A stretch of 64,000 nucleotides of DNA from an uncultured delta proteobacterium (lineage in GTDB: Bacteria > Desulfobacterota > Binatia > UBA9968): assembly GCA_963755715.1 (NCBI GenBank), contig CAVWLW010000059.1, forward strand, positions 192,001 through 256,000, given 5' to 3'. The translations under genes and the position numbers were made by a program. The notes below the pieces were generated by a model that made no database searches, was not told the origin of the DNA, and saw nothing but the letters and a program-made list of their open reading frames with translations. Below, piece after piece: positions 30,169 to 40,551 of this stretch. Position 1 is the first letter of the stretch. Each line of letters begins with the position of its first letter.

Positions 30169-31713
30169 GTGAATCGAAAGCTCAGACAATGGAGTCGAAG
30201 AGAGTTTCTCAAAAAGAGCGCTTCCGCCGGGGCGGTGCTTTCGATCGCGCCTTTCGCCGGAGCAAAAACCGCGCGGGCGCAAGGTTCGTCTCGTAACCGC
30301 ATTACCGTCGCGCACGGCGTCGGCGTTTATTCTTTGAACCCTTACGCGGTGAATACCTCTCCTTTACAGGCCGTCTGGGGATCGATCATGGAGCCGCTGA
30401 TCGACGCAGATTATGAAAAGCGCGGTTACCGCGGCATCTTGGCCGAGTCCTGGCAGATGAAGGGCACGAAGCTCCAATTCAAGCTCCGTAAAGGCATTCG
30501 CTTTCATGACGGCGCACCGTTCACGAGCAGAGACGTGCTCGCTTCGTTCAAACGCATACTGACCGATAAACAGAGCCTTCAAGCGCCCAATCTGCAAAAC
30601 ATCGCGGAAATGGACGCTCCGGACGATCACACGGTCATCCTGACTCTCAAGAAAGCCGATGCGAACGCTCTCGAGGACATCAACAGCCGCGTCGTCATGA
30701 AACAGTCGATCGCGGAAAAGATGGGCGAGGCGGACAATCGGCCGATCGGAACGGGTCCATTCAAATTTACCAGTTGGGAAAGAAGCGGCCAGTTCGTTCT
30801 CCGGCGCAACGAGAGTTATTGGGGTCAAGCGCCAAAAATTGATGAAGTCATTTACAAAGCGATTCAGGAAGACGGGGCGCGCATCGCCGCGCTCGAGGCG
30901 GGTCAGGCGGATATAATCAGCAACATTCCGCCGCACGAGGTCGCCCGTCTAAAAGCCAATCCGCGTATCCGCGTTCAGCAAGTGCAGGGATTGCGGCCGA
31001 TTTTTTTGGTGCTGAGCCCGGCTTATAAGCCGCTCGACAATCCGAAAGTCCGCCGCGCCATCACCCACGCGATCGACCGGGAACGAATCATCAAACATAT
31101 TCTGGAAGGCTACGCTTATCCATTGAGCGGGCTCTTGAGTCCGCAGGTTTTCGGCTACGAGCCGAGCGCCAAGGCTTATTCGTACGATCCGGAAAAGGCG
31201 AAGCAGCAATTGACCGAAGCAGGTTTCGCCAATGGATTTGAGATCGATTATTACAGCCCGACGGGGCGCTATCCGAAGGATCGCGAAGTCGCGCAAGTCA
31301 TCGTCGAGCAACTTTCCAAAGTCGGAATCAGGGCCAATCTGAAAACGCCGGAATGGAGTATCTTCAATACCGACTACAAGAATGGCAAATACCCGATGTA
31401 CCTGACCGGCCGGGGCAGCCTGACGGATGCCGACACGTTGTTCCAGCAGTATTTTAGAACCGGAATGACCAGGCGAACATTAGGATACAGCAACCCGAAA
31501 TTGGACGAAATCCTCGAGATGCAGCAGCTAACTTTTGACGTCAGAAAGCGGGAAAAGCTTCTTTGGGAAGCTCATCGGCTCATTTTAGAGGATGCTCCGG
31601 CTGTGCCGCTGTGGAATGCTATGGACGTATACGCGTATCGCGCTGATCTCGTCTGGACGGCCCCGCCGGATGAGAAAGTGCAGTTGAAAGACGCCCACTT
31701 GAAAACGAAATAA
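30169..31713 (+). CDS. ABC peptide/nickel (family 5) substrate-binding protein with Tat signal
   Basis: SRREFLKK, LRKGIRFHDG, PIGTGPFK, VRRAI.HAIDR; GTG after GGAGG. Confidence 0.9.
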   Translation: MNRKLRQWSRREFLKKSASAGAVLSIAPFAGAKTARAQGSSRNRITVAHGVGVYSLNPYAVNTSPLQAVWGSIMEPLIDADYEKRGYRGILAESWQMKGTKLQFKLRKGIRFHDGAPFTSRDVLASFKRILTDKQSLQAPNLQNIAEMDAPDDHTVILTLKKADANALEDINSRVVMKQSIAEKMGEADNRPIGTGPFKFTSWERSGQFVLRRNESYWGQAPKIDEVIYKAIQEDGARIAALEAGQADIISNIPPHEVARLKANPRIRVQQVQGLRPIFLVLSPAYKPLDNPKVRRAITHAIDRERIIKHILEGYAYPLSGLLSPQVFGYEPSAKAYSYDPEKAKQQLTEAGFANGFEIDYYSPTGRYPKDREVAQVIVEQLSKVGIRANLKTPEWSIFNTDYKNGKYPMYLTGRGSLTDADTLFQQYFRTGMTRRTLGYSNPKLDEILEMQQLTFDVRKREKLLWEAHRLILEDAPAVPLWNAMDVYAYRADLVWTAPPDEKVQLKDAHLKTK

Positions 31714-31779
31714 CTGCAACGGCGCAGGAGCATTTCGAATCGTTTGTTAATCCGCAGGTCAATAATGGGGTCAACGGAA

Positions 31780-32322
31780 CTACGCCGAGTTGGACGCGAT
31801 CGATTTCCCGCAGCAGCGTTTGCGGCGTCGGCCGGTCCGCCGGATCCCGACTGCGATAGGCGTAAAGAACGTTTCCCCTGCTATCGAGTAAAAAATCACC
31901 GCCCGATTGATAGATATCTTCGCCGCCATAAGGCTCTTGCTTCAGTCCCCGCCGCCATAGCTTGAAATACAACTTCAACACCGGTGGCGAAAAGACTCGA
32001 AACCAGGAAAACCGTTTTAGCTCGAAGGCGCTGGTAAACCTTTCGCTGCGGGTCCGCGAGAATCGTGAATGGCCAACGATGCTGTTCTTGATAAGGCACG
32101 AGCCTGCTCGGGCTCGGCGAAAGAAATAATCACGACGGAGACGCCGCGGCGGTCGAATTCGGATTTGGCTAACGCCACCTCGCCGAGGTGGGCCTGGCAA
32201 GGAAGTCATGCGAGGTGACGAAGAAAGATCAGCAGCGCAGGATTGACTACACAAGTCGAAAGTTTGACCGGATTGCCGCTAAGATCCAGCAGGGTCAACT
32301 GATCCAATGCGACTTTTTCCAT
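31780..32322 (-). CDS. AhpC/TSA-like (peroxiredoxin-like 2/SelL-related) selenoprotein; two indels near 32110 and 32030, 3' end uncertain
   Basis: ATG32322 MEKVALDQ...LIFLRHLA-TGA-LPCQAHL (UxxC), then SFAEP, ILADPQRKVY, QSGGDFLLD..G.V.Y.YRS.DPADRP. Confidence 0.8.
32174..32194 (-). promoter_or_regulatory. bacterial SECIS-like hairpin
   Basis: CCACCUC-GGC-GAGGUGG with G-first loop 21 nt downstream of the in-frame UGA. Confidence 0.65.
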
Positions 32323-32366
32323 TCAACGCAGCATGAAGATGAACGCGAGGCGTGGAGTTTCGGACA

Positions 32367-32401
32367 AATAAAAAGGGGCGCCCCGACCTAGCGCCCCTTT
32401 T
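32367..32401 (-). terminator. rho-independent terminator after RRM gene
   Basis: AAAAGGGGCG...CGCCCCTTTT stem followed by U-run on minus strand. Confidence 0.7.
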
Positions 32402-32427
32402 CGCAGTCACGATCTATTAATTCGAAA

Positions 32428-32760
32428 CTACCAGCGATTACGTCCACCACCGCCACCGCCACCACCGCCACGCCGTTCGCCGCCCCGGTCACCGAAACCG
32501 CCGGACCGTCTCTCTTGCGGCCGGGCTTCGTTCACGGTGAGATTGCGGCCGTCGAGATCCGTGCCATTCAGAGCCTGAATCGCTTTCTGGGCCTCGTCGG
32601 AATTCGCCATTTCGACAAATCCGAAGCCGCGCGATCGGCCCGTGAACTTATCAGTAATGACTCGGGCCGATTCAACAGCCCCATGCGCCGAAAAGATTTC
32701 TTGGAGTTGCGCATCAGTGGTCGCATACGGCAAGCCACCTACATAAATTTTACTACTCAT
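32428..32760 (-). CDS. RRM RNA-binding protein with Gly-rich tail
   Basis: RNP2 IYVGGL, RNP1 RGFGFVEM, VNEARP. Confidence 0.95.
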   Translation of the reverse strand: MSSKIYVGGLPYATTDAQLQEIFSAHGAVESARVITDKFTGRSRGFGFVEMANSDEAQKAIQALNGTDLDGRNLTVNEARPQERRSGGFGDRGGERRGGGGGGGGGRNRW

Positions 32761-33105
32761 GTCCTCTCCTTTTGAGAATCGTTATCGTCTTTTCCCTGAG
32801 AACCTGATCCCCGCTGGATGCAGAACATGGAAAAGCAAAGACACGCTCTGGTCGGATTGTCCGCGTGGCAACGTATCGCAAGGTAAGACGCCCTAGACCT
32901 TCAACTCTACAATTTGTCACTATCAGAAGGCCCCATACTGATGTGTGACAAAAAGCTTAGCGTACTTGGCCCTGCCCACGCAACCCCTCCTGCGCAGTCA
33001 TAGAATTCATGAGCGGTAAGCCTGACATACCGGTTGCGCCCGCCGGAGGTTTTGGATAAAGAGGGCTAGTCCAATTCTAGAAACACCTGAAGGAGGAAAG
33101 GGAAA

Positions 33106-33867
33106 ATGTATCAAACCAACCAATACGAAGGCATGATCGCTGAAACCGTCGCCATGCCGGGACATAAAGGCGAAACGATCAACGCTTATGTCGCCCGGCC
33201 GCTCGGCTCCGGGCCTTTCCCGGGGATGGTCGTCATCCACCACGCCCCAGGCTGGGACGAATGGTATCGTGAATGCACCCGCAGATTCGCCCATCACGGC
33301 TATGCAGCCATCTCACCGAATCTCTACTTCCGCGATGGCCACGGCACGCCGGAAGACGTGGGCGCTAAAGTGCGCGCCGGCGGCGGTATCCCCGACGAGC
33401 AGGTGCTCGGCGATCTGGATGGCGCCAACAAACTGCTTCGCTCGCTGCCCTACGTCAGCGCCAAAGTCGGCGTCTTCGGCACCTGTTCGGGCGGCCGGCA
33501 CGGGTTTCTCGCCGCTTGTCGCTTGAAAAACTTCGACGCGCTGGTCGAGTGCTGGGGCGGCCGCGTGGTTCAATCCAAAGAAGAGCTGACTCCGAAACAG
33601 CCGGTCGCGCCCATCGATTACACCAAAGATCTTCCTTGTCCGATCATCGGTCTATTCGGCAACGACGACAAGTCCCCATCACCGGAACAGGTCAATCAGC
33701 ACGAAGCGGAACTTAAAAAGCACGGCAAAAATTACGAATTCCATCGTTACGACGGCGCCGGCCATGGCTTTTTCTATTACGATCGCCCGGCCTATCGTCA
33801 GGAGCAGGCCGTCGACGGTTGGAAAAAGTTGCTCGCCTTCTGTGAGAAGAATCTAAAACAGAGCTAA
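33106..33867 (+). CDS. dienelactone hydrolase family protein
   Basis: G.CSGG nucleophile, YDGAGHGF. Confidence 0.9.
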   Translation: MYQTNQYEGMIAETVAMPGHKGETINAYVARPLGSGPFPGMVVIHHAPGWDEWYRECTRRFAHHGYAAISPNLYFRDGHGTPEDVGAKVRAGGGIPDEQVLGDLDGANKLLRSLPYVSAKVGVFGTCSGGRHGFLAACRLKNFDALVECWGGRVVQSKEELTPKQPVAPIDYTKDLPCPIIGLFGNDDKSPSPEQVNQHEAELKKHGKNYEFHRYDGAGHGFFYYDRPAYRQEQAVDGWKKLLAFCEKNLKQS

Positions 33868-33880
33868 GAGGAGCCGGACT

Positions 33881-34171
33881 ATGTGCACTATGATTGCTCA
33901 TCAGGCAAAAATCGAAGGGCGAGGCAAGAACGGCCAGGATTGGTTCGAGTTGCGCGAAGCCAACGTGTCCTACGATCATCCCTACGACCTGCCGCTAGAA
34001 CACGCGCTCAATATCGACTTCGTCAACGAAGCCGCCGGACCCGGCGCGCGGGTCGCGGTAGAGCTGAGCGTCGAGGCGGCGCGAAAATTAGTACAAACTA
34101 TCGAAGCGGTGCTCGCCCAAGCTGACCAGCGCGGTGTGCTCGAAGACAAACATCAAGCGCCTGCCCGCTAA
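33881..34171 (+). CDS. conserved small protein (DUF6295-like)
   Basis: MCTMI, YDHP...EHALNIDF..G.RVAVELS. Confidence 0.7.
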   Translation: MCTMIAHQAKIEGRGKNGQDWFELREANVSYDHPYDLPLEHALNIDFVNEAAGPGARVAVELSVEAARKLVQTIEAVLAQADQRGVLEDKHQAPAR

Positions 34172-34182
34172 TCCAACTTTCA

Positions 34183-34218
34183 GCGTGAGGCGGCTTTTCC
34201 AAAAACGCCGCCTCACGC
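34183..34218. terminator. strong hairpin after DLH operon
   Basis: GCGTGAGGCGGC / GCCGCCTCACGC perfect 12-bp stem; no immediate U-tract. Confidence 0.5.
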
Positions 34219-34291
34219 GCACCCCATCGCGTTTTTCTTCCGCACACGCTATAACTACACGTGAAGTTTTGCTCTTTCCGCTTTCACCTCG

Positions 34292-35545
34292 TTGGCTACT
34301 TCCAGTGAAATAAATTCAAGCTCGAATCAAAAACAGCCCATTCGACCTTGGTCGTCGCTGCTGATTCGCGATTATAGATTGTTGTGGATCGCCAGCGTGC
34401 TCAGCTCCCTTGCCGGCCAGATCCGCAACGTCGCGACCCTTTACCAGGTCTATGACATTTCCGGGTCCGCGTTTAAGCTCGGCTTGACGGGGTTTCTGGA
34501 AACCCTGCCGTTCATCATCTTCGGTCTCTACGCCGGTGCTGTGGCGGACGCCTTTGATCGAAAAAAAATGCTCGTCGCCACGATCTCTCTGCAGATCGTG
34601 CCGAATCTGGTGCTCGGTATTCTCACCCTGACGGGCGCCACGCAGGTCTGGCATATTTACGCGCTCGGCCTGGTCGGCGCTTTTGTCGAAGTGTTCAACT
34701 GGCCGGCGCGCGCCGCGATGATTCCACGCCTGGTGCCGCAGAGTTTGTTGATGAACGCCATGGTCGTCAATACCATGATCCTGCAGACGAGTTTCCTCGT
34801 CGGCCCGGCCATCGGCGGCTTTCTGATCGATCAGGTCGGACTGGCCACCGCGTATTTTGCGAGCACCCTGCTCTTTGTGCCGGCAGCGATCGCGATCCTG
34901 TCCGTCAAGGCATCCGGTAAGATCGAAGGCGCGCGCCGGCGGGTCAACTTCAAAAGTATTATCGAAGGCATCGAGTTCATTTGGATCCAGAGAATTATCC
35001 TCTCACTTTTCCTGCTCGATTTTGCCGTCGTTCTGGTCGGCTTTTACCGGCCGATCCTGCCGATCTTCGCCGCTGACGTCTTCAAAACCGGAGCAGCGGG
35101 TCTCGGTTTGTTATATGCCGCGCCGTCGGCGGGCTCATTGTTGGGTACCACCGTGCTGCTCATGGCGGGCGATGTCCAACGCAAAGGCGTGCTCGTCATC
35201 GTCGCCGCGCTCTTCTTCGCCGCGGGCCTGGCATTACTCGGGATCTCACAATGGTTTTGGATGGCGGTGGTGGCGGTTTTGCTTTTGGGCTTTGCCGACT
35301 CGATCAGCGTCGCCATTCGGCGCACCGTAGTTCAACTTTTGGCGCCGGACGGCATGCTTGGCAGAGCGGCAAGCTTGATCACCGTCTTTGCGCAGACGAC
35401 GAACGGCTTAGGAGCGCTGCTCGCGGGCATCACCGCGCAATACATGGGCGCGTCGAACGCCCTGTTAGTCGGCAGCGCGCTCTGCTTCGTGATGATCTTG
35501 GGAATTTGCTTGGCGATCCCGCAACTCTGGCGCTACAGATCGTAG
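34292..35545 (+). CDS. MFS transporter (EntS/DHA3-like)
   Basis: 12 TM pattern, GAVADAFDRKK, PAR.A.IP.LVP. Confidence 0.9.
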   Translation: MATSSEINSSSNQKQPIRPWSSLLIRDYRLLWIASVLSSLAGQIRNVATLYQVYDISGSAFKLGLTGFLETLPFIIFGLYAGAVADAFDRKKMLVATISLQIVPNLVLGILTLTGATQVWHIYALGLVGAFVEVFNWPARAAMIPRLVPQSLLMNAMVVNTMILQTSFLVGPAIGGFLIDQVGLATAYFASTLLFVPAAIAILSVKASGKIEGARRRVNFKSIIEGIEFIWIQRIILSLFLLDFAVVLVGFYRPILPIFAADVFKTGAAGLGLLYAAPSAGSLLGTTVLLMAGDVQRKGVLVIVAALFFAAGLALLGISQWFWMAVVAVLLLGFADSISVAIRRTVVQLLAPDGMLGRAASLITVFAQTTNGLGALLAGITAQYMGASNALLVGSALCFVMILGICLAIPQLWRYRS

Positions 35546-35576
35546 AACCTCACCACCAAGGAATGTCCTGAAAAAG

Positions 35577-35604
35577 GTAGGGGCGACCGGCCGGTCGCCC
35601 CTAC
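35577..35604. repeat. GTAG-type REP
   Basis: Perfect 28-bp palindrome GTAGGGGCGACCGGCCGGTCGCCCCTAC. Confidence 0.85.
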
Positions 35605-35635
35605 AAAAGAATCTTGCCTATTTGCGGTGATGCTC

Positions 35636-37246
35636 TCAGCGCACTTTGACCCGTGCGGCCTTGAGCTTCTCGCCGGTCTCGAAGTGACGCCCTTGCACGG
35701 CGAGCTCGGCCTCGTGATCGAGCTCTTCGCTCCACTGACCGAGCGAATAGCCGAACCATGGCATCTGCGGTCGGAGCTTGGGCAGCTCGAGCTCTTCCCA
35801 AATCTTCTTGGCGTTTTCCATAAACTCGCGCTTCGGCAGCGACACCGGCGGGAACGGCTCCTTGAGAATCGCGTTGCAGAGCATCGCCGATTCGTCCGCG
35901 GGCAAATGGTAGGACACCACGTCCGTTCCTTTGGTCTCGTGCTCATAGAGAAACGGTGGAGCGTGGCCCTTTTCCATGCCGGGAAAGATCTGCACGTCCT
36001 TGTGCGGCTTCATCCGGTAGCACATGGCCCAGAAAACCGCCGCCTCATTCGACGGATCGATGTCTTCGTCGACGGCAACGACGATCTTACCGACGCCCGG
36101 ATGAAAGGAGCAGGCCGCGTGCAGCGCGCGCCACACTTCCGCTTCGTTGGGCCGGCGCATCTGGATGATCACCAATTTGTAGGTATTGGTCAGCGGCTCG
36201 TGCATCTCCACGCGCAGCACACTGGTGATGCGGCATTCATCGCGCAGATGGACCAACATGAGCCGGTCGTAGCCGATTTTTCGAATGACCGACGATTCAC
36301 TCGGCGTCAATTGGCTGAGCCACGACGTGTAAATCGCGTCCTTACGATGTGTGATCGCGGTCACGTCCATGAAGGGATTTAGTTGGCGCGGATGCATGTA
36401 GCCATGCGATTCGCCGAACGGTCCTTCGGGCTCGATGTATTCCGTATTCAGATAACCTTCGATGACGATCTCGGCGTCCGCCGGCACCATGATATCGATG
36501 GTCTTGCATTTGACCATCGGGATCGGCTCGCCAGCCAAGCCGCCGGCCACACCCATTTCATCGACGCCGTAAGGAATCTTTTGCACGGAAACATACGATA
36601 CGATCGGCGGCGCGCCGACGACGAGGGCGGCGGGGAGATGAACCCCCTTCTCCTGCGCCTTTTTCCAGTGCAGATAAACATCCTGCCCCAAACCGGAAGG
36701 AAACACGCCGACCCGCCGGCGCGCCTTGATCTCACCGCGGTAGTTGCCGATGTTTTGAATACCGGTATCGAGATCCGCCGTGATCCAGTGCGAACAGGTC
36801 GTGTACGGACCGTTGTCAAATCCCGGCGTGGAAATCGGCACCGGGAATCGATCCAGACCATTGCCTTCTTTGTCCAACTCGTCGCCCAAGATCACTACAT
36901 CCTGGCATTTCGCTTTACTCACAGCGATGGGATTAATCGGCTCCGCCAAAGCTTTTTTCCAGCGCGCATCCATCTCCTCGGCGCTGTTACAACCCATACC
37001 GAGATAATAGATCTCAGGCTTCCCCGCCAGGGCGCCGACGACAACGGGCATGGTATAATGTTTACCCTTCGCGTCGGTCACGTTCTCGAAGAGCCACGCT
37101 CTGCGATCCTCTTCAGGTAAGCCGCGATACTGCCAGCGCACCAACGGATGCAGTTCCGTGTCTTTGTTGATGGGGCGCGTGATGCGCCGCAAGAGCCCAT
37201 GTTCTTCGAGATTCTTTAGATGCTGATGCAAATCGAAATACGGCAT
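35636..37246 (-). CDS. UbiD-family (prFMN-dependent) decarboxylase
   Basis: LFENV, NIGNYR, AEIVIEG, EGPFGE, VAVDEDID. Confidence 0.92.
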   Translation of the reverse strand: MPYFDLHQHLKNLEEHGLLRRITRPINKDTELHPLVRWQYRGLPEEDRRAWLFENVTDAKGKHYTMPVVVGALAGKPEIYYLGMGCNSAEEMDARWKKALAEPINPIAVSKAKCQDVVILGDELDKEGNGLDRFPVPISTPGFDNGPYTTCSHWITADLDTGIQNIGNYRGEIKARRRVGVFPSGLGQDVYLHWKKAQEKGVHLPAALVVGAPPIVSYVSVQKIPYGVDEMGVAGGLAGEPIPMVKCKTIDIMVPADAEIVIEGYLNTEYIEPEGPFGESHGYMHPRQLNPFMDVTAITHRKDAIYTSWLSQLTPSESSVIRKIGYDRLMLVHLRDECRITSVLRVEMHEPLTNTYKLVIIQMRRPNEAEVWRALHAACSFHPGVGKIVVAVDEDIDPSNEAAVFWAMCYRMKPHKDVQIFPGMEKGHAPPFLYEHETKGTDVVSYHLPADESAMLCNAILKEPFPPVSLPKREFMENAKKIWEELELPKLRPQMPWFGYSLGQWSEELDHEAELAVQGRHFETGEKLKAARVKVR

Positions 37247-37352
37247 ACTGTCGCTTTCTCCTATTTTCAAACAATCTGAATCAAATATCCGATCGGTTTC
37301 CGCAGGTCAACAACGCGGAGCAATAGTGCTGGTTCATTTTGGGCAAATTTTT

Positions 37353-37416
37353 TGTAGGGGCGAACCCTATGGGGTCGCCCGTCCGAGAGGGACGGACACA
37401 CAGGTCCGCCCCTACA
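37353..37416. repeat. GTAG-type REP doublet
   Basis: TGTAGGGGCGAACCC...GGTCCGCCCCTACA inverted pair. Confidence 0.8.
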
Positions 37417-37454
37417 CAAGACAAAAGCCAATTCAGCTCTAGATTGCTTTGGCT

Positions 37455-38486
37455 TTACGACTGCTTGCCGTACTTGCTGGCAAGTTGATTAAAAAAACCT
37501 TCACGATCGAGATCGGCGAGCAATGACTTGTCGACAAAGTCGGCGGCCTTTTTGCCGCGAAACTCCGCCACGGTTGTCGTCAGATTTTCCATTTCCGCTT
37601 GAATGACTTCTTCCATCGGATAAGGTTTGAGCGGCAGCGCGTCGACCACGTAGTTTTTGTGCAGGGTCTCCAGCCGCCGTGGATCCTGCTCGCGCATGTG
37701 CTTACGAAAACTCGCCAGCGCGACATTTTTGTTGGCTTTGCCGAGCCAGATCGCTTCGCAGTACGCCATCATGAAGCCGCGCGCGCGCTGGCGCTGGTTT
37801 TTGAGAAAATCGCGCTTGGCCGAGAGATCGCTGGCGCTTGTGTAAATACCCAAATCTTTCAAATCCGAAAGCACCGAGAGCTTCAAATTCTTCTGTTCCG
37901 CCTCGAACAAATTATCCGGACTGACCAGCGTTGCATCGATCTTGCCCTGGAGCATGACCATGATCCGCTTATTCGATTCGGCGAGTCCCGTGGCGAGGAT
38001 TTGAATGTCCTTGCCGGGCGTAAAGCCGAGCTTCGTCAGCGCCCGTCGCGTGGCAAACTCGATGGTGGTTCCCGGCCGGCTGATGCCAACAGTCTTGCCG
38101 CGCAGTTCTTGAACCGATGTGATCGACGGATGAGCCGCCAGCTTCCAAGCCGACGGACCGAACGTGCCGATAATCGCAAACGGCAAACCTTTGGCGGCCG
38201 AAACCATCGTCGTCGAGCCCGGCGCGCCCAATATTTCCACATCGCCGCTCGCCAATGCGCCGATGGCAGCGGTGCCGGCGGCGATAACGACCAAATTGAC
38301 GTTGAGCCCATTCTTCTCGAAGAGCCCGGCATCCTTGGCGATCCATAATGGAATCCGGCTGCCGGTGACCGACGCGTAGGAGACGTTGAGCGTTTCGAGC
38401 TGCTGCGCTAGGCTCGGACTGGCAGCCGCGCTGACGAGCGCAAAGGCAAGGAGGATCGCGTACGGCAGATGTCGAAAGCAACTCAT
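37455..38486 (-). CDS. ABC substrate-binding protein, SsuA/NMT1-like
   Basis: PLWIAKDAGLFEKNGL, LRGKTVGISRPG; start could be 38495. Confidence 0.9.
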   Translation of the reverse strand: MSCFRHLPYAILLAFALVSAAASPSLAQQLETLNVSYASVTGSRIPLWIAKDAGLFEKNGLNVNLVVIAAGTAAIGALASGDVEILGAPGSTTMVSAAKGLPFAIIGTFGPSAWKLAAHPSITSVQELRGKTVGISRPGTTIEFATRRALTKLGFTPGKDIQILATGLAESNKRIMVMLQGKIDATLVSPDNLFEAEQKNLKLSVLSDLKDLGIYTSASDLSAKRDFLKNQRQRARGFMMAYCEAIWLGKANKNVALASFRKHMREQDPRRLETLHKNYVVDALPLKPYPMEEVIQAEMENLTTTVAEFRGKKAADFVDKSLLADLDREGFFNQLASKYGKQS

Positions 38487-38504
38487 AGGTTGCACTGATT
38501 ATAT

Positions 38505-39282
38505 TTAGTTCTCGGCAAGGACAAAGTAGCGATAAATAATATCGTGCCGCGTCTCCTGATTATCCCAACGGAAGCGCGCCGCAGCGAGTGCTCTTTCTTG
38601 CAGGTCGGCGCTGACGCAATATTTTTTTAAGATCGCCTCGTTGATGTCGCCGTGCTCGTCATTGGCGTCACTATGCACGTGATAAAACAGCAACGCATCC
38701 TCAGGAATGCCGTAATGCCGTCAGCAGCGCCTCGCCTTCATTCAATAACCCATCTTCTTTGTGCTCCGCCTTTGGCGTGTACCGTTTCCACATGCGCCCT
38801 TCGGTCGCATACGTGGCGGCTACGCCCTCGAGCCAGCTTTGCTGTTTGGCAAAATTGAAAACAGCATCAACTGTGTAACGATAAACTGGCAAAACGTCCG
38901 CGAAGCTCTGCATCAAGTCGCGCGGAATGCCGAGCGCATCGGAAATCTTAAGCCACATCTCATAATGCGGTCCGAGCTGCCCGCCGGCCACGTCCTGCCC
39001 TTCTTCGTCAATATATTTTCGCAGCAGCATGCGGCGCGCCTCGGAGATCGGGCAGTTGGCGATCACCTGAGCATCTTTGCGGTTGATGTTAGCGAGAAAG
39101 TAGTAACGGTTCTTCACGTACTCGATCAGCGCATGACGCGAAACCTTGCCTTCGCTCAGCGCGATCCGCCAAGGGTGGGGCTGCTTGATGCGCCCTTCGC
39201 GCACGTAGCGACGACGCTCTTGCCAAATCGCTGCGATGAATTCTTCCGCCGACAGGACTGAGCTCATTTCATTCACCAACAC
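38505..39282 (-). CDS. PqqC/CADD-like (heme-oxygenase-like fold) protein; frameshift near 38720
   Basis: HP...YVKNRYY..KDAQVIANCP..RR..DEEG..GPH..W, WLEGVAA..ATEG, then FYHVH..DEHG in ORF 38505-38693. Confidence 0.75.
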
Positions 39283-39314
39283 TTCACTAGCCTCTTATTC
39301 CAACGTCTCACTCA

Positions 39315-40317
39315 TCAATACAGACTTTTGAAAAAGCCGCTGTCCTCAAATCGTTTGCAAAAGCTGAGATCCAACTGGTCGTCGGCTTTCAACTGCGCAG
39401 CTTTCGCGTTGATCCCATGTTGCGCCATCAGCTTGATCACCGCGTTCATGCCCTTCGATCGACGGACAAGGTTTTCTCGGCAGCGCACCGACCAAACCCT
39501 GATAAGCCTTCTCCATCTGGTCCGGCTTGCTCAATCGCAAGTTGCGACCGAGGCTTTTGAGCACGATTTCCTTGTTAGCCGGCTTATGGATAAAAGCCAC
39601 GCCCTCGACCGTCGCCTTGGCGATAGTCTCGATGAGCAGCGGGTTGCTTTTGATCAGACTGCGCGACACCACCAGCCCCGAGGATTGGAACTCAACGTTT
39701 TCTTTACCTAGGTCGACCAACACGCGATAGCCTTCGCCGAGCACCTGTTGGCCGATTTCCGGAGACAGGCTGGTCGCGTCGACAGTGCCGGAACGCAAAG
39801 CCGCCATGCGCTCTGGGACACCGCCGACACCGAGCAGCACAATATTGTCGCGCCGCGGCACCAATCCAAGATGATCCAAGGCGACATAGGTCGCTAACGA
39901 CGCGGAACCGGCCGGCGTGCCGATCCCGACTTTCTTGCCCTTGAGATCTTCGCCGCTTTTGATCGTTGGCTTGGCGAGAAACAGATAATCGAGCCGGTTT
40001 TCCAAGCCGAGAATCATGGAGAAATCACCACCTCCGGTATTGGCGTTGACCACATGCGTTCCACCGACAAAACCGACGGGAACTTGACCCGCCAACATCG
40101 CCTGCATCGCCCGCCCCGCGATGATAAAAACTAATTCAGCCTCAATGCCGTACTTGCGAAAAATTCCTTGCTCTTTGGCGATCCACAGCGGCTCGACGTT
40201 GTTGCTAATCGCGCCATGAGCGATCAATACTTTCGTCGGCTCGGCAGCGTGCAATAAAACCACGAGTCCTGTCGATAAATAGAGCGCTGAAGCAATGCCA
40301 ATAACGATACTTTTCAT
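39315..40317 (-). CDS. ABC substrate-binding protein, SsuA/NMT1-like; frameshift near 39445
   Basis: PLWIAKEQGIFRKYG, DLKGKKVGI; true end DSGFFKSLY* in other frame. Confidence 0.85.
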
Positions 40318-40551
40318 GTCTCACCGCAAAAATGGATCATATTGTTTTCCTTAAATCTGCGCGCTTCGAAGGGAGCCGTCGCGTGAGGTACCGCCGCCCG
40401 ACGCAGAAGGGTCGTTCGAGCCGCCATCGTCACCGGCGAGCGCTTTAACGAAACTCGTCGGTTAACGCAGCACAAGAAGATTTTTTACCGTTTCGGTAGA
40501 TACGCTACCGGGCGGTTCAGCAGTCAAGAAATACTTCTTCCAACCTTTTTT

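Noticed and set aside
32445-32471. CCACCG repeats
   Set aside because: Encode the ordinary poly-Gly tail of the RRM protein
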